Part shown: in pieces, positions 11,546 to 25,401 of the stretch | Layout: the number at the start of each line of letters is the position of its first letter | How positions within the stretch are numbered: position 1 is the stretch's first letter | Source: Catajapyx aquilonaris | Taxonomy: Eukaryota | Reading direction: 5' to 3' | NCBI GenBank assembly: GCA_000934665.2 | Contig: KZ538828.1 | Location: forward strand, 1-45,525 | DNA length: 45,525 nt | Notes under the pieces: generated by a model | The model's database searches: none | What the model saw: the letters and a program-made list of their open reading frames with translations, nothing else | What the model was told of the DNA's origin: nothing | Made by a program: the position numbers and the translations under genes

Positions 11546-12230
11546 TTCGGACAACGCGATGGTATATAAAAGGCTTTATCCACTGGAATATTGTTCTTAA
11601 GTTACACATTGGGCGTAGGATAGACGTGGCGTAATTCAATGATTGGCAGGTCAAATATTGGTCTATTAGGGTATGAGGGCAGATCAGACTGATCACATGT
11701 AACTTCACAGACCACTCTGCACGATTGGCATGATTTGTTAATGCGAATACTCAACTGCGCACGTGCCTGTGTAACGCTGCACACATTATTTGCTCGGATA
11801 CATGTACTATAATGGCCTAATGAACTTTGCATGCGTTTCTAGAGTGGGCTCGAAGTGAAACGTGAAGATAATTACTTTTTCCATATATATATATGCATTG
11901 CTGTTAATCAGTGTAATTACCACCCCCGTAATATTTCTTTTTCTGGACTAAACCGAATGCAGAGAATTATTTACAAGTTGCACTGTGCTTAATCAAGGGA
12001 TGAGAATACTCTGATGTTTCCTCTCCATTATTTAATAATGCAGAGGAAATAGCAGAGCAAAAATCTGCGCGATTGCTGCCAGATTATTGCTGCCAATATA
12101 GCTGTAGGCGGTGTGAGAAAAATCTAGAATCATGTTGTGCCGCAGATATTGCGACCAAATTGCGGCTGACATCATGTGAGCACAGAGAGAGCAAATAGTA
12201 GCTGCAGAAAGCTGCAGAATATACTGTGGG

Positions 12231-13842
12231 CTACTCCATGGCACTGTGTCCTTCGTCTCCTAATTTGAACTGAATTAAGATTACCAGATATGTGGCCACC
12301 GATCCCATGATCTGAAATATATACAAAAAAATTAAAGTATTTTTTTGATAATAACATCTCTCAGTTACAATCATTGCACAGATTCCTCACCGTGGTAAAC
12401 AGGGGACGATTGACTGCAAAAAACCTGCCCGCTGTTACTTCTATAGGAGCATCTCGCATCTTCTGTATGACAAGTTCCAACTGTAAACAAACTCAATTTA
12501 TCAGTATGATGGATTCGGTTTAAAAGTCACTGAGAACTGACGGAAAATCTGGAGTCTTCCGATAATTCCGTCTTCTTGATGCGAAGGAGGCGATCGTATG
12601 ATGCTCGTGCCTTTGAAAAAAAAAGTTATGAACGACTTTGCTAAGTTTTTGTGTGGAAAATAATAAAACTTTAAATATATGGCTGATTTTCGAATTTTGA
12701 CACTAGATATCTAAAATCGACCAGCAGAATTCCTCTGCCCAGTGGCATAAACCCCTACCGTGTACTTTACAGTTGTTTACTCCCACCCAAGTGCACTTTA
12801 CCTTTTCGGGTATGTGTCCCAAGCCTACAATGAAACAGACGACTTCGACCATGCATATGACGCAATTGGAGAAGAGCAGCAGAGGCAGATTGTAGAGAGG
12901 CTCTCCAGGGATGAATAGGATGACCCTGATGGTGCAGTAGGCGAAGGAAACCATCATGAACAGAGCCAGGAACAGAAGCAGGGCCAGGTAGAGACCGAAC
13001 ACTTGGCTGAACATGTCAACCATGTCGCACACTCTGAAGAATGATTTGCATAACAACACCACTCTCCTTTCTTGCAGGGCTGGCGATGAGGTTTGCTGCT
13101 GCACCGGGCGAACCATGGTGATCAAATGGTCGATGCCGTGCACGTGGTCATCTTCCAGCGGGAAAAGCTGCTTGAAGTGACTGTTGATGATCGAAAAGCA
13201 GGTGGTAAGCAGCCTGGCCAGTGTCAAGAGAAGGAGAGCAGGAAGCATCTGGAGGCTGACCACAGCAGGCCAGATGGCGAGCAGGAAGAGGGACGCTGGT
13301 GACATGGTGTCGACGGAGTGCATTGTCGCGGCCGAGATCAGGATGAGGGTGACAGTGCGGATGGTGCAGGTCACAAACAGCAAGCAGGCTGGAGTGGTCA
13401 GCCCCCGCCTTTTCATGTGGTCACTTCTGAAGAAGGCGCGTTCACGGAAGAGGCTTCTGATCAGCGTGCACAGCATTTGACCGTTGATGACCCCGTTGGA
13501 AAATATGGCCGTGAAGTGGGTGATGTTCATTGTGGCCATTAGGTTGAGGAGGAACCAGTCCGTGGTGGTCAGCGAGCTTATGACGACACTCGCGTAGGAC
13601 TGGATGATCCGGCATGATTCGAACACGACCAAAGAGCTTGAGGAGAAGTACAGAGCACTTGCACACACTTCCCAGGACCACCTTGAAAAAGTGGGGCCAA
13701 GTTCGTGGTGGTAGAACACATTTTTGGCAGGAAAGAACCCAGCGATTTTGCAGGCTCTCATTATGAACAGGAGAAGACGAGATGAATAGGGGACGATGTT
13801 AGCCCTGGAACCGGTCTTAGGAGCATCCATGCCTTCCATCAT
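12231..13842 (-). CDS. Gustatory receptor GR3 (~426 aa)
   Basis: Exons 13842-12802, 12610-12542, 12480-12391, 12311-12231. GFFPAKNVF; EVTAGRFFAVNRPLFTT; IMGSVATYLVILIQF. An upstream in-frame ATG also exists. Confidence 0.92.
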
Positions 13843-14343
13843 AGTTATCGCGACAGTGAGATAGAGAGAGCTCCAATCAATTTGCGAGAGGCTCAAGCAC
13901 TCGAGTGTGTTATCATGCGACGATGCAAACAATGCCATCCCTGCTGATAGACGCACAGGACACTCCCCCTATTTCACACCTACTGACTTTCAAAGCATTG
14001 CAATATTGATAATTCCAGGGGAAGACTGGGAGAAATGAAGGGTGTCAGAAGCGTGACGTCTCCATTGAAATTTCGGATAATGCAAAGGCGTAGCATTATT
14101 GTTCTGGGGCATTGTTCCGTCGCTATGTGATTGCTCAAGTTCAATAATTTAAATGAAATTATGTGACTTGTACTTTAATGTACATTTTACAGCCGTTACA
14201 GGAAGCATTTTTTAAACCTCCAGAGCACTGCTAATATTAGGTTAGAAAAGTCGATAGGTCGTTGTATTTCACGGTAGTCAGGAAAATGCAGGCATATACA
14301 CTTGGCACTGTACGTGTAGGCTACTGCACTTTCTCGACAGACT

Positions 14344-16014
14344 TCAAGGGCCTTCCCCGACTTTGAACTGAATTAGTATCACCAGATAAGTGGCCACAGC
14401 TCCTATTATCTGCAAGAAGAAAACGTGAAACTTTCCTTTACATTGCCTGTCTCATGTAATTCCACCGACTGAAGAGTAAAAGACCTATACTCACATTAGT
14501 CAAGAGACGCCGATTCACAACGAAAAAGTTGGCAGCGGTCACTTGGACTGGAGATCCTGCAATTTTCCTCATCACCATATCCAGCTGAAATAGCAATGAT
14601 TTTTATCATGTTGTAATAGTACAGTATGTTGTCACTCTGAAGAGTCTGAAGTACGGTATCATACAGGTCTTCATACAGCTATACTTACATGAAACTTGCA
14701 ACTCTCGGTTAATTCCTTGGTCTTGTTTATGCGGATTAAAAGGTCGTAACAACCTCGAGCCTGTAAAAAATAGTAAGAATTCAAAAACCGCTGCACTCTT
14801 CGACTCAAATCAACTAATTTGGTGGCTAAAATGTCAAGAATAATTATTGTAAATTATTATCAATGTCATTGCCATTAATCATGTGGCAGCATGGTATTCA
14901 TGCCTTCAACAGTGTACCTTACCTCGTCGTATATGTTTCCCAGTCCAATAGTCAAGCACACGATTTCGACCCCATAAAAGACGCTGGCAGACATGAAAAG
15001 CAAGGACATCTGGTACAAATCCCTGTCGGAGAAGTATATGGTCACGTTGACGGTGGAGTACACGTGAGACACAACCATCACAACTCCCAGGAAGAAGACT
15101 GCGGCCAAGTAAAGTCCAAACGCGCGGCTCAGCTTGTCCACGGAGTCGTTCAGACGGAAGTAAGACCTGCACAGAAACACCAGCTTCTCATCTCTGGTCG
15201 GTTCTGGAGGCGAGGTGTCCATCAGGTTCAGTTCTTGGTCATCGCCTAGCAGCAGCTGTTCAAATTGATGATTGATGGTCGAGAAGGATTGGGACAAGTG
15301 CTGGGCCAGGGAAAATATCATCAGGGAAGACAGCATTTGGTTGCTGATCACCAGAGGCCAAACTCCTAGCACGAGGTAGGATGTCCAGGTCATGCTGACC
15401 AGCTGCATTGTTGTGGAGGCGAGCAGTGCGAGGGTCACGAACCGCAACAGTCCGGCCAACAGAATAGAGCAGAATAGAGCGGTTAGCTGACCTCGCAGGT
15501 TCGGGAGGTCAAACCCCATGCTGATGAACAGCCTGCTGTGACCCAACATATCTCTGATCAAGCTGGACATCATCGTACCGTGAACAGTCGCGTTGACAAA
15601 TGTGGTCACATAATGAGCCATGTTCATGACCAGTATGAGTATGGAGAGAAACCTGTCCGTTGAGGTCAACCTGAACGGAACCATGACCTCTATGCCCTGC
15701 TGGATCAGGTCACAGGCTGCGTAAATAATGTATGTGCTGACCAACATGTGTAAGGCACTTGCGCACACTTCCCAGGACCAGAGGGTGAAGAGTGGTCCAT
15801 CTTCAGGGTGTAGGAAGACGTTTTTGGCAGGAAAGACACAGCCTATTTTGCACACATTCAAGACCCACTGTATCAAGCGATCTTGACTATTGCACTTCTT
15901 GGAAGATGTCTTTAGATCCCTGTCTTCCACCTGGATTGTCACAGAAGCCATTCTTTTGCGTAAATCCGAAAGGCAGGCTGTGCTGGTGCAGACAAAGCTC
16001 TCCGTGAGAGCCAT
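14344..16014 (-). CDS. Gustatory receptor GR4 (~418-439 aa)
   Basis: Exons 16014 (or 15951)-14923, 14760-14689, 14584-14495, 14409-14344. GCVFPAKNVF; QVTAANFFVVNRRLLTN; IIGAVATYLVILIQF. Confidence 0.92.
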
Positions 16015-16390
16015 ATGCAGATTAGATAAGCACAATGACACGCCCTAACACCCAGATATAGCGACATAAAAATATCTGCTTTGCTGTTGGGAATATTGAA
16101 GTGCCGACGATAGTCGCTCCATTCGTGAGTGTTTTTCTATCACAATTAGGCATATCAGATAAGGCTAACATCAGGGCAGTATTCTATGCGATAACAACAG
16201 GCACATAATAATACACAAAAGCAATTTGATATAAAAATAATCCAATTCTCACGCAGCTGACACTATTTGTTTACTAGCAATATTATGACCCACTCACCAT
16301 TTACACAAGTTACAAGCTGACGATAAACTAGACCCGTGATTAATCCGTACAAAAGTAATAACTTTTGAATAGTCCTATGACCAAAGGTCG

Positions 16391-18078
16391 CTACTTCTCA
16401 CCACCTTTGAACTGCATGACCACTACTAGGTACGTAGTCATTGCCCCTGTGATCTGAAAAAGAAAACGAGCGTATTACTGCATAGGTAATTCATGTATAC
16501 AGCTATATAGTAAGACACCCATACCGCAGTGAGAAGTCGTTGGTTGATGGAAAAGAAGTCTGTCGCAGTGATTTCTACTGGTCGCGAATTATGCAAGCTT
16601 AGGATATGGGCACCCTGAAAGGGATCGCCAAATTGAAATATTAGCGCATTTTCTGCGAGTCTGGGATAAATTAACGTCAATTCAGAAAATAGCGTGAATC
16701 ATTTTCACGGCCCACAGAAAGGTGGCTGTTAGACTTAGTTCGTATTTGTGCAAGGACAACGTAGCAGTAGACTATTGTAGTAATTTTAAATAAGTAAGTA
16801 ATAATTATTTCAACTATTGCAATATATTGTAATTACTCACCCGACCGGGACACACATCCAGGTTGTGCAAAATCCTCACTTGCATCACCATGTCAAGTGC
16901 CTCTTTAGCCTGAAAAATAACCACTAATAAAGAGAGCTGATCATATTGAAGTAAAAACACAAGGTGTGTCATAATGCCTTTGACAAAATTATGAAGCGAG
17001 TTCTTTGGCACCAGAGGTTCACTTTATGTAGGGAGGTTATTACTGTATTTGACCTTACCTTACATGGTATGTCGCTCATTCTCAAGGTGAATGTGACCAG
17101 GTGAATTATTATCAGTAGGCCGGAGGAGAAGATGGCAAATCTAAACTCCCAGTGATCCACGAGGGTGTCTCTCTCGAATAGTTGGATGCTCCAGTAAGTG
17201 AAAACCACCATCAGAAACAGGAAGAGTCCGTAGTGTCCAGCGAGGTACCAACCAAATATTCTACTAGAGGAGCTAACCATGTTGCTCAAATCGAAATAAG
17301 CCCTAGAGAAGAATTGTACCAATTCTGGGTTTGTCGTGTCCGTTTCTCCTTCAGTGTTCAAGTCCTCCATCCAGGTATCGCGAATGCGTCTGCTGATGGC
17401 ATCAAATCGCTGAATCAGAACTTGGGCCAGTGCAAATATGGCCAGTCCGGGTATGGAGTGCATAAATAATTCAAACAGCGTGCATCCTCTCACAATGATG
17501 GACAGGGTTAATCCATAGCCCAAATCTGCATCGGACATGGTGTACGTGTACGGCAACACAACCAGAACTTGCAACACAGGAATACAGGCGAAAATGCTCC
17601 AGTACAAGTCGAGCTCTTCCTTGATGCCTATCGGGAGTTTGATTTCAAACCGCTTGAACCGATGGTCCAGCTGGACCAGCCTCCTTATCAGGTCGCAGAA
17701 TTCGGCGCAGTGAACCATCATGTTGACCAAGTTTATCCAGATGTGCGCTACGGAGGCTACTCTCGACGTTTGGACGACAAAAGAGTCCGTGGTGTAGTTT
17801 CCAAACAGGCTGGAGCCAGTCTTGTCGTAAAGCTTGTGGGCTTCGAAGTTGAAGTAGGTGGTGGCAATGACCAGGAGAAGGCTCCAGGCCACTTCCCAGG
17901 ACCACCACTTCATCCGGACATGCTCCTCTTGCCGAAACACATTCTTGGCAGGGAAACCTCCCATGACCTTGCTCACACGCAGGGCCATCCAAAATATTCT
18001 ACAGGTTGGCCCTCCAGCTGGGGTCGAACCCGCGTTCCTTTTCAGACATCCGCCCAAACTGTTCAGAAGCCACGACAT
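16391..18078 (-). CDS. Gustatory receptor GR5 (~413 aa)
   Basis: Exons 18078-17059, 16909-16841, 16614-16525, 16453-16391. GGFPAKNVF; EITATDFFSINQRLLTA; ITGAMTTYLVVVMQF. Confidence 0.92.
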
Positions 18079-18467
18079 CTTCAACTTGACTGACGTCCAG
18101 ATGGATGCCCTTTTTTCGCCCCGCACGTTGAACGTTTCATCACATTAGATGATATATCAATCACGATAATAGATCTCTTCATACTCGGGATGTTATCATT
18201 GCGCATCTGGCCCCGAAGTCATCCCATTCTACGTTACTTTGAAGATTTACAGTACTCATATTTGCACGTGACTTAGCCATTTTTATGTGGTTAAAAGAGT
18301 CGCGTTTTGCGTGACACACTCTTACTGATTACCGTTTGGAGACGTGATACCCCTAATCTTTTGGTGAGAGATTGATGCAAGATGCATTATCGTAATTGGG
18401 GTTGGGTCTCTACGATGATGAAACTCTTCTGGGAAAGAGCAGGCTGCAGTCGCCAGTCACATTCAGG

Positions 18468-20268
18468 ATGACACTCTGCAAGCGTGTGGTCAGCTGTGTC
18501 CTCAAAAGGGACGTGGGTTCGATCCCCGTCCACTCTGATCCCAGCTCGTACCCACGACCCGGTGTCCTCTCGATGACCCTACGTGCCAGCAAGGTGTTCG
18601 GGTCGTTCCCTGCCAAGAACGTGTTTATGAACAGGAAAAGGCCTGTTCGGATGCGGAGGATGTCCTGGGAGGTTGTGTGGAGCTTATCCCTTCTGGTGTT
18701 GGCCACTTATTCAAGCTACCGACTGCACGAGGCGTACTGCAGGGCTGGTTCCAACCTGCTCGGTAATTTCACAACAGATGAGGTCATGTGCATCATATCC
18801 TCAGTGATCAGCACAGCGCACATCTGGATAAATTTCGTAAACATGATGGTCTACGGCACCCAGTTCTGTGACCTAATACACGACCTGGTCCTACTCGACC
18901 ACAGGCTTCGAGGCATGGGGGTCAAATTCCCGAGCAGGTTCAGGGAGGAAATGACCCTTCCGATGTGGGTGTACTCCGGTTTGCTGGGAGTGCACTTTGT
19001 CCTTCACGCTGTTTTTATGTGTGTGAATCGAACTTTCTGGAGCGACACGTCCGAGTTCACAATCATGCAGGCCTCTGCCGTCTTGGAAACTCTGACCCAC
19101 TTCCTGCCAGGGTTCACCATATTTATGCTGGTCCAAGTCCTGGTCTCCAGATTTGAATTGGTCAGGAAGCACCTGCATGGTCAGGAGTCTGCGTCCGAAA
19201 CGAGCCTGATGATGGACCAAACCGGCAGAGAAGAGTTGCAGTCCTGGACCTCTGTGTACTTGGACCTGCGCAAGATGGTCAGGGAGGTCAGCAGGATATT
19301 CGGAGCGTACCTGGTGGTCATGTACGGCCTCTTTGTCTTCATTACGGTGATCTTCGCCTACTGGACCACACAGCTTTTTGGGAGCCTCAGCATCCATCAT
19401 CTGGAATTCAAGCTCCCCATACTCTCCATCAGCATACTCCACCTCATCCAAATTATGGTCTTCACCATTGGTTTGAGCGAGGTGCCACAACAGGTATAGT
19501 GATTTAAAACAATAATAATATAAAGCTTTCATATAATATTACTCGCGTATAATTATTTACATTGAGCTGACATCCGCCTATTCTGTGAAATATTTCTTAT
19601 TTTCTTATTTCAGCAGATTTGGATAGGTGATGGACACTTTCTTTTATTGCCTCTAATTCTCTCATTGCCTTGTCGTTTATTTTGGTGCGTCATCTTTGCC
19701 AGCACATTTGATCATTGAATTGGATGCATTACAGTTAGTTAGCTCTCCGTATCGCTTATTAGGAAAGAAGTAGTGAGGCACTGATCGATTGATAATTTTG
19801 TTTTCATGCGGCTAATGTTTCCCCCTTTTCAGGCTGAGGCGGTTTGCGACACTCTAGTGAAGCTAACACTGCTGCAGAATCACAATGAGAGCAAGACTAG
19901 GGTGAGTGACGGATTTTGACACTTACTGTTAGAACAACTATCCAGTCATTACCCGTGGGTATTATTTCAGGCTGAAGTATTGCTGGATTCGATGTACACT
20001 TCGCCTGTGGATATTACAGCTGCAGACTTTTTCTCCGTTAACCGACGACTACTGACTAAAGTAAGAGTTATTGACGCCCTAATATAGTCTGTGAAGAAAG
20101 TCCTGATTTAATTTGATTTTTCTCCATAATAAAATTGTGCAGATCACTGGAGCAGTCACTACTTACGTAGTGGTCCTCATGCAGTTCCGTGTCGGTGAAT
20201 CAGGACGAGACAACCATGGACAGAACGAGTACAACGGCACAAATCATAATAGTCATAATGACTTATAG
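18468..20268 (+). CDS. Gustatory receptor GR6 (~436 aa), head-to-head with GR5, close paralog of GR11
   Basis: Exons 18468-19493, 19833-19901, 19971-20060, 20143-20268. GSFPAKNVF; DITAADFFSVNRRLLTK; ITGAVTTYVVVLMQF plus an Asn/His-rich tail. Confidence 0.92.
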
Positions 20269-20473
20269 GTCAACTTATAGGCTAAGCTATAAGAGATGCT
20301 GCAATACATGTAAGAATACACTTTAGTTACACAAGTCATGAACTGTTATAAAACACTTGGGCATGCTTCATTCTTTCAATCACTCTTCAGTTAAAACCCA
20401 TTAAACCCATTAAAACTGGACTTGCATCACACATACGGTACTGCAGTTCTGATAATTCTAATAGTTGTTTGTA

Positions 20474-21202
20474 CTGGGTGTCCCACTACTTACTTTACCC
20501 GGCATTTCCTTGATAACTGTCTTTAACACGAATGAAGGTAATAATAATTATACCCCAACGAAATTTGTACTGAACTAATCACATTGTGTGAGAAAGGAAA
20601 TGTCATCACCGCATGTGCTGGAAATGGCCACCATTGGCGTCCAGATAGGTCTGAACCACGGTCTGAACACACTAATTCTCCATAATATTGGAAGATCCTG
20701 GCCAGCGTGGCTTGAGGCACTGCCTGAATTTATTGGATGATGTTTTCTTTTAAGACGTCGATGGATCGTGGTATGTCTCGGTACAAACACACTTTCAAAG
20801 AGCCCCATAAGAAATAGTATAATCAGGCAGCGTAAGATCTGGCCAATGCAGTGGCCGAAGTCCCTTCGAAATGAATCAGTCTCTGTAAAAATGACTTAAT
20901 TTTGGCCTTGCTTACGTGTGATGTGCGGCACATGTACAGAAACAAACCACGATCCATCGACGCATTGAAAGAAAACACCGTCCAAGAAATTCAGGCAGTT
21001 CCGGCCAGGTCCTTCCAAAATATTGGAACGTCGTGTTCAGGCCTGCCTGGACACAAATGGTGGCTATTCCCAGCACATGTTGTGATTCCATTTCATTTTC
21101 TCACATGACGAGGTTAATTAAGTTCAAATTTCGTTGCGATATCTTAATTCGTGTTAAAGTTATTAAATAAATTCCGGGTAAAGTAAGTAGTGGGGCACCC
21201 TA
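20474..21202. mobile_element. Non-autonomous Tc1/mariner-derived foldback element; both arms come from the transposase 3' end
   Basis: TA flanks at 20472-20473 and 21203-21204. Termini CTGGGTGTCCCACTACTTACTTTACCCGG / CCGGGTAAAGTAAGTAGTGGGGCACCCTA. The ~270-320 bp degenerate inverted arms encode YRNKPRSIDALKEN..QEIQAVP...GG..QHML*, typical of a Tc1/mariner transposase C-terminus. Confidence 0.85.
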
Positions 21203-22008
21203 TACTTTCAATGCTGCAGGATTTGCAATTCTGAATTCGACCTGCAAGCCAATATACGTAAGGAGCTGGTAATGAAATTGAGGCTGCCAATATTGGCAAA
21301 ACATGTCGAGTTTTTACTATTCTTTGATGACATTTCTTTGTGTAAGTTATTTCTTTTTATAGAAGGTTTAGCTGACTGATAAAATAATCTTGAGGGGATC
21401 CTGACCAAATGGAAAATTTGGGTGTTCTCTATATGCAAAACGGTGTGATTGTTACCCATCATAAGCAGTTCAGCGAGAGAGCCAGAAAATCATTAACAAT
21501 ATTTTCCTGTATACCTACAATATTATTAGCAAAGCAATTTTTATTCAATTTCAATCATCCAACAATGCGCCATTACAACATGATCTGTACACCAAAGAGA
21601 AGCTATACGTACACATGACAATGTCATGGTGTTAAAATTCTTTGCTTTCTAGTTACACATTTTTAGTGTTTTCAATGTGTGTAGTTGTCTTGATTATTTC
21701 AGTATAATTATGCCTTAGAATGCCTCTAGAAAACAAATATCACACACGACAACATGTTTTCCATTGCATTTGCGTACTTACATTTTTATAGGTGCATGAT
21801 ATAATTATATTGTGAGATACATTGTTTCGAAAGAGGACAAGTTGTGACAGATTGAATGTGAGAAAAGAGTGAAATGTAACCGAGAACCCTCACTTTACAC
21901 AAAACATATGCCGCGCTGGTGGCAATTACTTATTACTTTTACCGCTGAAAGGAAAAGTGAAAATAAGCTTTCGATGTGTTGTGCACAATATATTGGAACA
22001 TATTCATC

Positions 22009-23451
22009 TCAGGGGTCGTTCATGTCGAATTGCAGAAGAACTACCAAGTAAGTAGTAACAGCTCCAGCAACCTATTAGGAGAATTTTAAAAGAGAGCATT
22101 AAATGTCACAAAAATACAGTACGTCGTACAACGGTAAATGCGAAATACTGGGAACTCACTGAAGTTAGGAGGCTTCGATTGATGCGAAAGAGACCTAACG
22201 CCGTTATTTCAAAGTCAGACTGGGTCGACATCTTCTTCAGCAACTGCCAAATCTGGAATTGGCAAACATTGTTCTGAGATTACAGCCTTCAGTCATTCCT
22301 CTCCTCTCTAAGAATAAGGAACACCTCACTATGTTCTTGTACTGTGGTGGTAGCCATCTGATGTTTGTCAAACGAATGCTGTCGGCAACCTGGAATCGTA
22401 GAATTCACATGATTCAAGACACACTCCTTCGTTAATTGCACTTTTTCAGCATCCTTAGGCTGACATAATTCACAATAATGACCATAATGAAGCCAAATAA
22501 GTGTTTCATGCTTTGATCAGTAAAATGGTGTACCTGTCTTGGAATTTCAGCCAGGATCCAAGTGAAGGCAATCAGCTGAATGACTGTGCTCGCCGAAACT
22601 GACCAGTTGATCACACTCCAAAACAACATTTGTGAATCGCTCAAAAACGCACACTTGATGCCCACATAGGCGGCCATGGTCACTTCGAAAATCTTCTGCA
22701 CGTAAAGGTAAATCAAGGAAAAACCGAAAACTTTGCTGATCTTCGCCACCATTCTTGGGATGCTCTGCAGAATGTCGCACATCTCCACAATGGAGATGAA
22801 TTCGCTGCGGCCGAGAGCTTTTTGCGACTTGTAGCTGAGCTGGTCCCTTAAGGTCACGGTCACATTGTCAAGCTTGCGACCCAATTCTTGTACCACCAAA
22901 GCAAGTTCAATGGTCGCTGGAAACTGAATTACATTTAAAACGAAGAACCAGAAAAACCTGCCGTACTCTCCATCAATTCCGCTAATTCCAATCGAAACAA
23001 GGGACACGCAGGTTTTTGCCACCATGCCCAAACTCAGCATAATGAAACCGATGGGCATATGACGCTTCTGGGGCAGCATGACCATTTTCTCTTCCATCTC
23101 CACAATTTGGCTAATTAACGAGCATACTGTGGGACACGTCATTACCATGTGAAGCACGTTCCAGGCACCTCCGAATGTGACCTGGAAACAGTATAGCTTC
23201 ATGATGGCAGCGGTGGTTGGAGACACGGATATACTTTGGGCCCATTCGTCGGTTCGAATCAAAGAGGTGACAAGGCTCCATCCGAAAGCAGGGAGCGAAA
23301 CAATCACGACGACAAAGCTGAACAAGGACTCCCAGGAACGCAACACGAATCGAGGGCCTTTATGGACAGATCCAAATATATTTTTGGCAGGGAAAAGGCC
23401 CACCACTTTGCACACTCGAAGAAGCCAAAGCAAGCTGTTGGAGACGGCCAT
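22009..23451 (-). CDS. Gustatory receptor GR7 (377 aa), triplicate copy A
   Basis: Exons 23451-22534, 22389-22330, 22252-22160, 22071-22009. GLFPAKNIF; EITALGLFRINRSLLTS; VAGAVTTYLVVLLQFDM. Confidence 0.92.
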
Positions 23452-23749
23452 TCTGTGATAGAATAAAGGAGTCGGCAGCAATTTTAGATTCAGAACGACT
23501 TTTGTGAAACTGCCTCTCACGTGAGTACAAGTGTTTTACATAGTCATGGTGGCCTGGATGTGGTGGAGATGACAAAGACGAGTATTGATTTATTGATTTC
23601 CTGTGAGAGCTGTCACTCAACAAAGTGAGCGAGGGTAAACGTCAACGCCTTTCCCGCAAGTAAAAGATTACCGGGTGTAGTCCTATAATAACCATAAAAT
23701 GCTTTGTGTAAAAGCGATATGTCAATAATGGACACGTTTTTGCATGGTA

Positions 23750-24659
23750 GGGGAGACCGGGGCACAGTGGACCACTTTTTCACATTTGAATTTTTATATA
23801 CCTACCTGTTATACCTACACACCCCATATTTTCAGGCATGGTGGAGACACTCCTTGGTAATATAAGTCACTACTATATTCACAAGCAGTGCCATCCTTTT
23901 GGCTTTAAAAAAATTCAGAAGCGACCCCCTGCAAATGGTCCACTGTACCCCGATAGGTGGGGCACAGTGGTCCGGAAGTGATTGGGACCCCTAATTCACA
24001 CAAGAAGTTTATTATCATTGCCTAACATTTTTTTACAGCTGTTCATTTTGAGGACTGTGTCAACATCACAGTTTTGCCCCTTTTTTCTACCTAATTCACA
24101 TTTAAAAAATCATTTTCTCACTTTTTTTTAAACAGTTGTTCATTTGGAGGGTGGTTTGTCAAAATCACAGTTTTGCCCTTTTTCTACCTAATTCACATTT
24201 TAAAAATAATTGTCTCACTTTTTTTACAGCTGTTCATTTCGGGACACAGTGTGCATTTCGGGGCACAGTTGTACATGGACCACTGTGCCCCGGACAGCAG
24301 CAACTGACATAATGCTATGATTGTAACTTCGATTGCAAGTTAGGCTTACCAAACTTGCGGTAATTCATGGACAAAGGGCGGCACTATTCCACAAGATTTT
24401 TATATCAGGCTCATGCCCAACATCTACGCCTGAAGTGGCATTTAAACTGTGGGTTAGTAATTTACTTCACTTATCTTCAAATCGATTTCGCTGGATATCT
24501 ATCGATCGATCGATCGCTAGCCGTTGCCAGCCATGTTGGCAGGAGCATGGCAGTGACTTGTTGCAATTGGTACCAGATAAAAAAAATTTGGCGGCTATTT
24601 CGATTTTTAAAATGGAAAGGTCCACTGTGCCCCGTGGTCCACTGTGACCCAGTCTCCCC
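23750..24659. mobile_element. TA-flanked non-autonomous DNA transposon (MITE, ~910 bp) upstream of GR7
   Basis: TIR GGGGAGACCGGGGCACAGTGGACCAC / GTGGTCCACTGTGACCCAGTCTCCCC with TA on both sides. The GGGGCACAGTGG motif is repeated internally in both orientations, and ~100-bp internal tandem repeats occupy 24030-24240. Absent from the equivalent positions in copies B (~31370) and C (~35030). Confidence 0.88.
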
Positions 24660-25197
24660 TATGTCTCTGGAGGACGAACCTCTCAGATGATAATGAGGAG
24701 TTCGGGGGGAAAACTTCATAACCTTCGAAAGTGGGACTTTTCAAAAAAGCGAATTGAAGTATGCACTCTTATCACAAATCATATGGGTTTTGATCTAGTC
24801 CGTGTTGCCGTCTTCGTGCATGATATGCGTGAACTCGGAGGAACTTATACCAAATCGTTTCTCACATAGTTGCTACCCGTTCAGGTAAACAAATTGACAA
24901 AAATGAGGGTTATGAATAAGTTTTCCACCACACCCCTCATGATGAACAGAAAATTATTAATACAGTATTTCCAATTGCGATCGTGCCCTTTGTTGGTACT
25001 GGCAAGAATCGTGTGGTGCGTGGGACTATTGGACTACGCCTCCAATAATCAATGTCTACATAAGGGTGTCACACAAAGCTGTGATCCTCAACTTTTGTCC
25101 CTCTGTTCCAGTGGGTTTTCCGCTTGGAGTTTTTCCTTTTCTTCCCACTGTCCAAAAATCTCCCTTCCCATCTCACCCTCCCCAGATAACCCTTTAT

Positions 25198-25401
25198 CAG
25201 GGGTTCTCAACCTTTTGGGGTCTCCGCACTCCTTTGAAGAGAGTTAGTTGGTCCTTGTCGCTCCCCCTACACCACGGGTGCTTGATTAAGTTCATAGTTA
25301 GACTGACTATATGTCCAGGAGTGCACCTCGCTCGCACCCCCAAGGGGGCCACCTCGCACCCACTGGGGGTGCGGGCACCCCCATCAGGTTAAGAACGTCT
25401 G
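25198..25401. mobile_element. Short hAT-like MITE remnant (copy 1)
   Basis: Ends CAGGGGTTCTCAACC ... GGTTAAGAACGTCTG, typical hAT/Charlie-type TIRs. TSD not cleanly preserved. Confidence 0.6.

Noticed and set aside
10332..11554. GR2 as a frameshifted pseudogene
   Set aside because: A canonical 62-bp GT-AG intron restores the frame exactly and all downstream exons are intact.
18396..18467. Non-ATG N-terminal extension of GR6
   Set aside because: The paralogous GR11 leader has a 2-nt indel just before the ATG, so the upstream frame is not conserved.
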